DNA of 64,000 nt, taken from assembly GCF_036365525.1 (NCBI RefSeq), contig NC_090404.1, positions 12,180,550-12,244,549 of the forward strand, given 5' to 3'. The stretch comes from Heterodontus francisci. Lineage: Eukaryota. The stretch's first letter is position 1. Each line of letters begins with the position of its first letter. Position numbers and translations under genes: made by a program. Of the stretch, positions 62,001 to 64,000 are shown in pieces. The notes under the pieces were generated by a model, which worked only from the letters and a program-made list of their open reading frames with translations, was not told where the DNA came from and searched no databases.

Positions 62001-63075
62001 GAGGAACTGGCGCATAGGATCGGAGACAGGCTCTGTTGTAATATGAACAGGGACAAGGTCTTGTGCAGGAATACTAAGACAGGGCCCAGTGCAGCAATTA
62101 TTGATACAGGACATATAGTAATCTAAACCAACACTGGGGATCGTTCAGTAATTACTGAGACAGGGCCTAGCGCAGTAAAAACTGGAATTGGGTCTCGTGT
62201 AGTATTCACAGACATGGGATAGTGCAATTTAAACAGATACATGTTCCAGTGTAATATGAAATGGGTCGTGTACAATAATAAGTGAGACAGAGTTTTGTGT
62301 AATGTGTGCAGAGACATGGTATAGTATAGTCAGAAGTGAAACAGAGCCTAGTGTAAGAAAAAAACTGAGACAAGTTCCAGTGCAGTTTTAACTGATAGAG
62401 AACATTGTGCAATATAAACTGAGACAGTCCCTGGTGCAGCTATTACTGATACAAGACCTGGATTTCTATGAGCTGGGACATGGACAAATGCAGTAATAGG
62501 TGAGACAGGATTCCGTGTAGTGGTATCAGTTAACAGCGAGATGGTTCATTACAGTAATAACGGAGACAGGACATTGTGTGATAGAAACAGAAACGTGGCC
62601 TAATGCAGCAATAACTTAGACAGGGCATTGTGTAATGCAAGCAGAAACATGGTCCAGTATATTAACACCTGAGATTAGGCTAATGTAGAAATACCTGAGG
62701 CATGGAATGCTTTAACATGATCTGAGAAATTGTTTGTTGTAATACAAATAGGAAAATGACCAAGTGTAATATAAACAGAGACACCATTTAGTATAGCATT
62801 GACTAAAGCAAGCTTTAGCTTCATATAAAAGCAAAATACTGCGGAGTTCCGAAGAAGGGTCACTGACCCGAAACGTTAACTCTGCTTCTCTTTCCACAGA
62901 TGCTGCCAGACCTGCTGAGTGGTTCCAGCATTTCTTGTTTTTATTTTAGCTTCATGTAAACTGAGACAGGGTCTAGTGTAATATAAATAGAGAAAAGGTC
63001 TAGTGTAATATAAACAGAGTAATTGTCTTGTGTAATATAAACAGAGACAGGGTCTAGAGCAGTATTAACTGAGGC
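59050..63075. repeat. 27-bp minisatellite array, diverged; same family as 34591-36620 (small patch also ~48160-48490)
   Basis: acagggtctagtgtaatataaacagag units with increasing divergence; Penelope pLTR piece at ~62825-62945. Confidence 0.93.
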
Positions 63076-64000
63076 AGCGCCTGTTTCTGGTAATATAAGC
63101 CAACGGGCTTTCACTGACACGTGGTGCTTGTGTTTGGCCATTGTTCCTGTTGTGAAAAAGTCGAAGTCAGTTACTGTTTCTGATATTAATACATCAAGGA
63201 ACAACTTGCATTGCGATAGCAGCTCATCACCTTCTCTGGAAGGTCCCAAAATTTGAGGTGCAACTGATTCCAGATGAACGTGGCCGATTTGTGTGCAGAA
63301 ACACCAGGAATAGAGCAAAGTGCCTGAACTCTTGTTAATGCATTTTCGTTGATCTTGGTTGATTAGGTTGTGGCACGTGAGGCAGAATCTGCCTCTCAAG
63401 GGTTGGCCTTCACAGCGTCAGCAAAGGTGCACCAAGAGAAGACACCCAACCTAAATTGATTGTTTGCTGCATGCGCATCATCTTTCTGTAGCTGGAAGAT
63501 GCCAAACCATTATTGAAGGGCAGAATGTTGACCAGGGGACAATGTGGGGACCATGGGAACTTTAATATCTAACTCAACAGATAAGGGGGAGGGGAGAGAT
63601 TATTGGTTCATGATATCATCTGAAAGACAATGGGGGCGATTTGCACCGATACTTTAAATGCTACAGAGCCTCCAATGGAGCCAAGGTTGGATCTTAAGAT
63701 GAAGAATTGATCTAGACTGCGTTTAACGGAAGATACCACCTTGGATAAGGTGTTGACGCTTGTGCTTGGATCAGTCACCCGCAGGATCATTCAGCAGCTG
63801 ATTGCCACTGAAATCGCCTGTTTGTGCTCATTAAAGAGGCTGGACTTCATTTCAGCAACTCGCACTTGACCGATCTTCTCTATAAACAGCTTCCAGCTGA
63901 GTGGGGTAAACAAGTTGTTACAGAGGGCTTTTATGCTACTTAATGGTACGACACCTTTTACTGTCCACTTGCTGCTGTAGATTTGAAGAGGAGTTTTGAA

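Overview
Eukaryotic (shark) genomic DNA, most likely horn shark Heterodontus francisci, judged from recalled similarity of the C-mu protein. Bases 1-13.7 kb hold one germline-unjoined, apparently functional cluster-type IgM heavy-chain gene on the + strand: tail of the VH 23-RSS, D1 (12/22 RSS), D2 (12/12 RSS), one JH (23 RSS), CH1-CH4 with secretory tail, TM1 and TM2. VH itself lies just before the window. Downstream, a TE-dense region (CR1 LINEs, Penelope-like elements, a gypsy gag, HE1 and Deu SINEs, a 27-bp minisatellite, a C2H2-ZNF pseudogene) contains at least four T-cell-receptor alpha/delta-type V segments with 23-RSS: one intact (+), two near-intact pseudogenes (-) and one 3' fragment (+). 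Most notable are (i) TCR V segments 11-28 kb from a complete IgM cluster whose 12-RSS D segments they could in principle join, and (ii) the only intact V enclosed by ~255-bp inverted copies of its own upstream region, forming a potentially invertible cassette. Also seen: a SWIM/AT-hook (MULE-like) ORF between two Penelope pseudo-LTRs, and a minimal hammerhead ribozyme. There is a 160-N assembly gap at 50867-51026. All calls are from reading the sequence; no searches were run.
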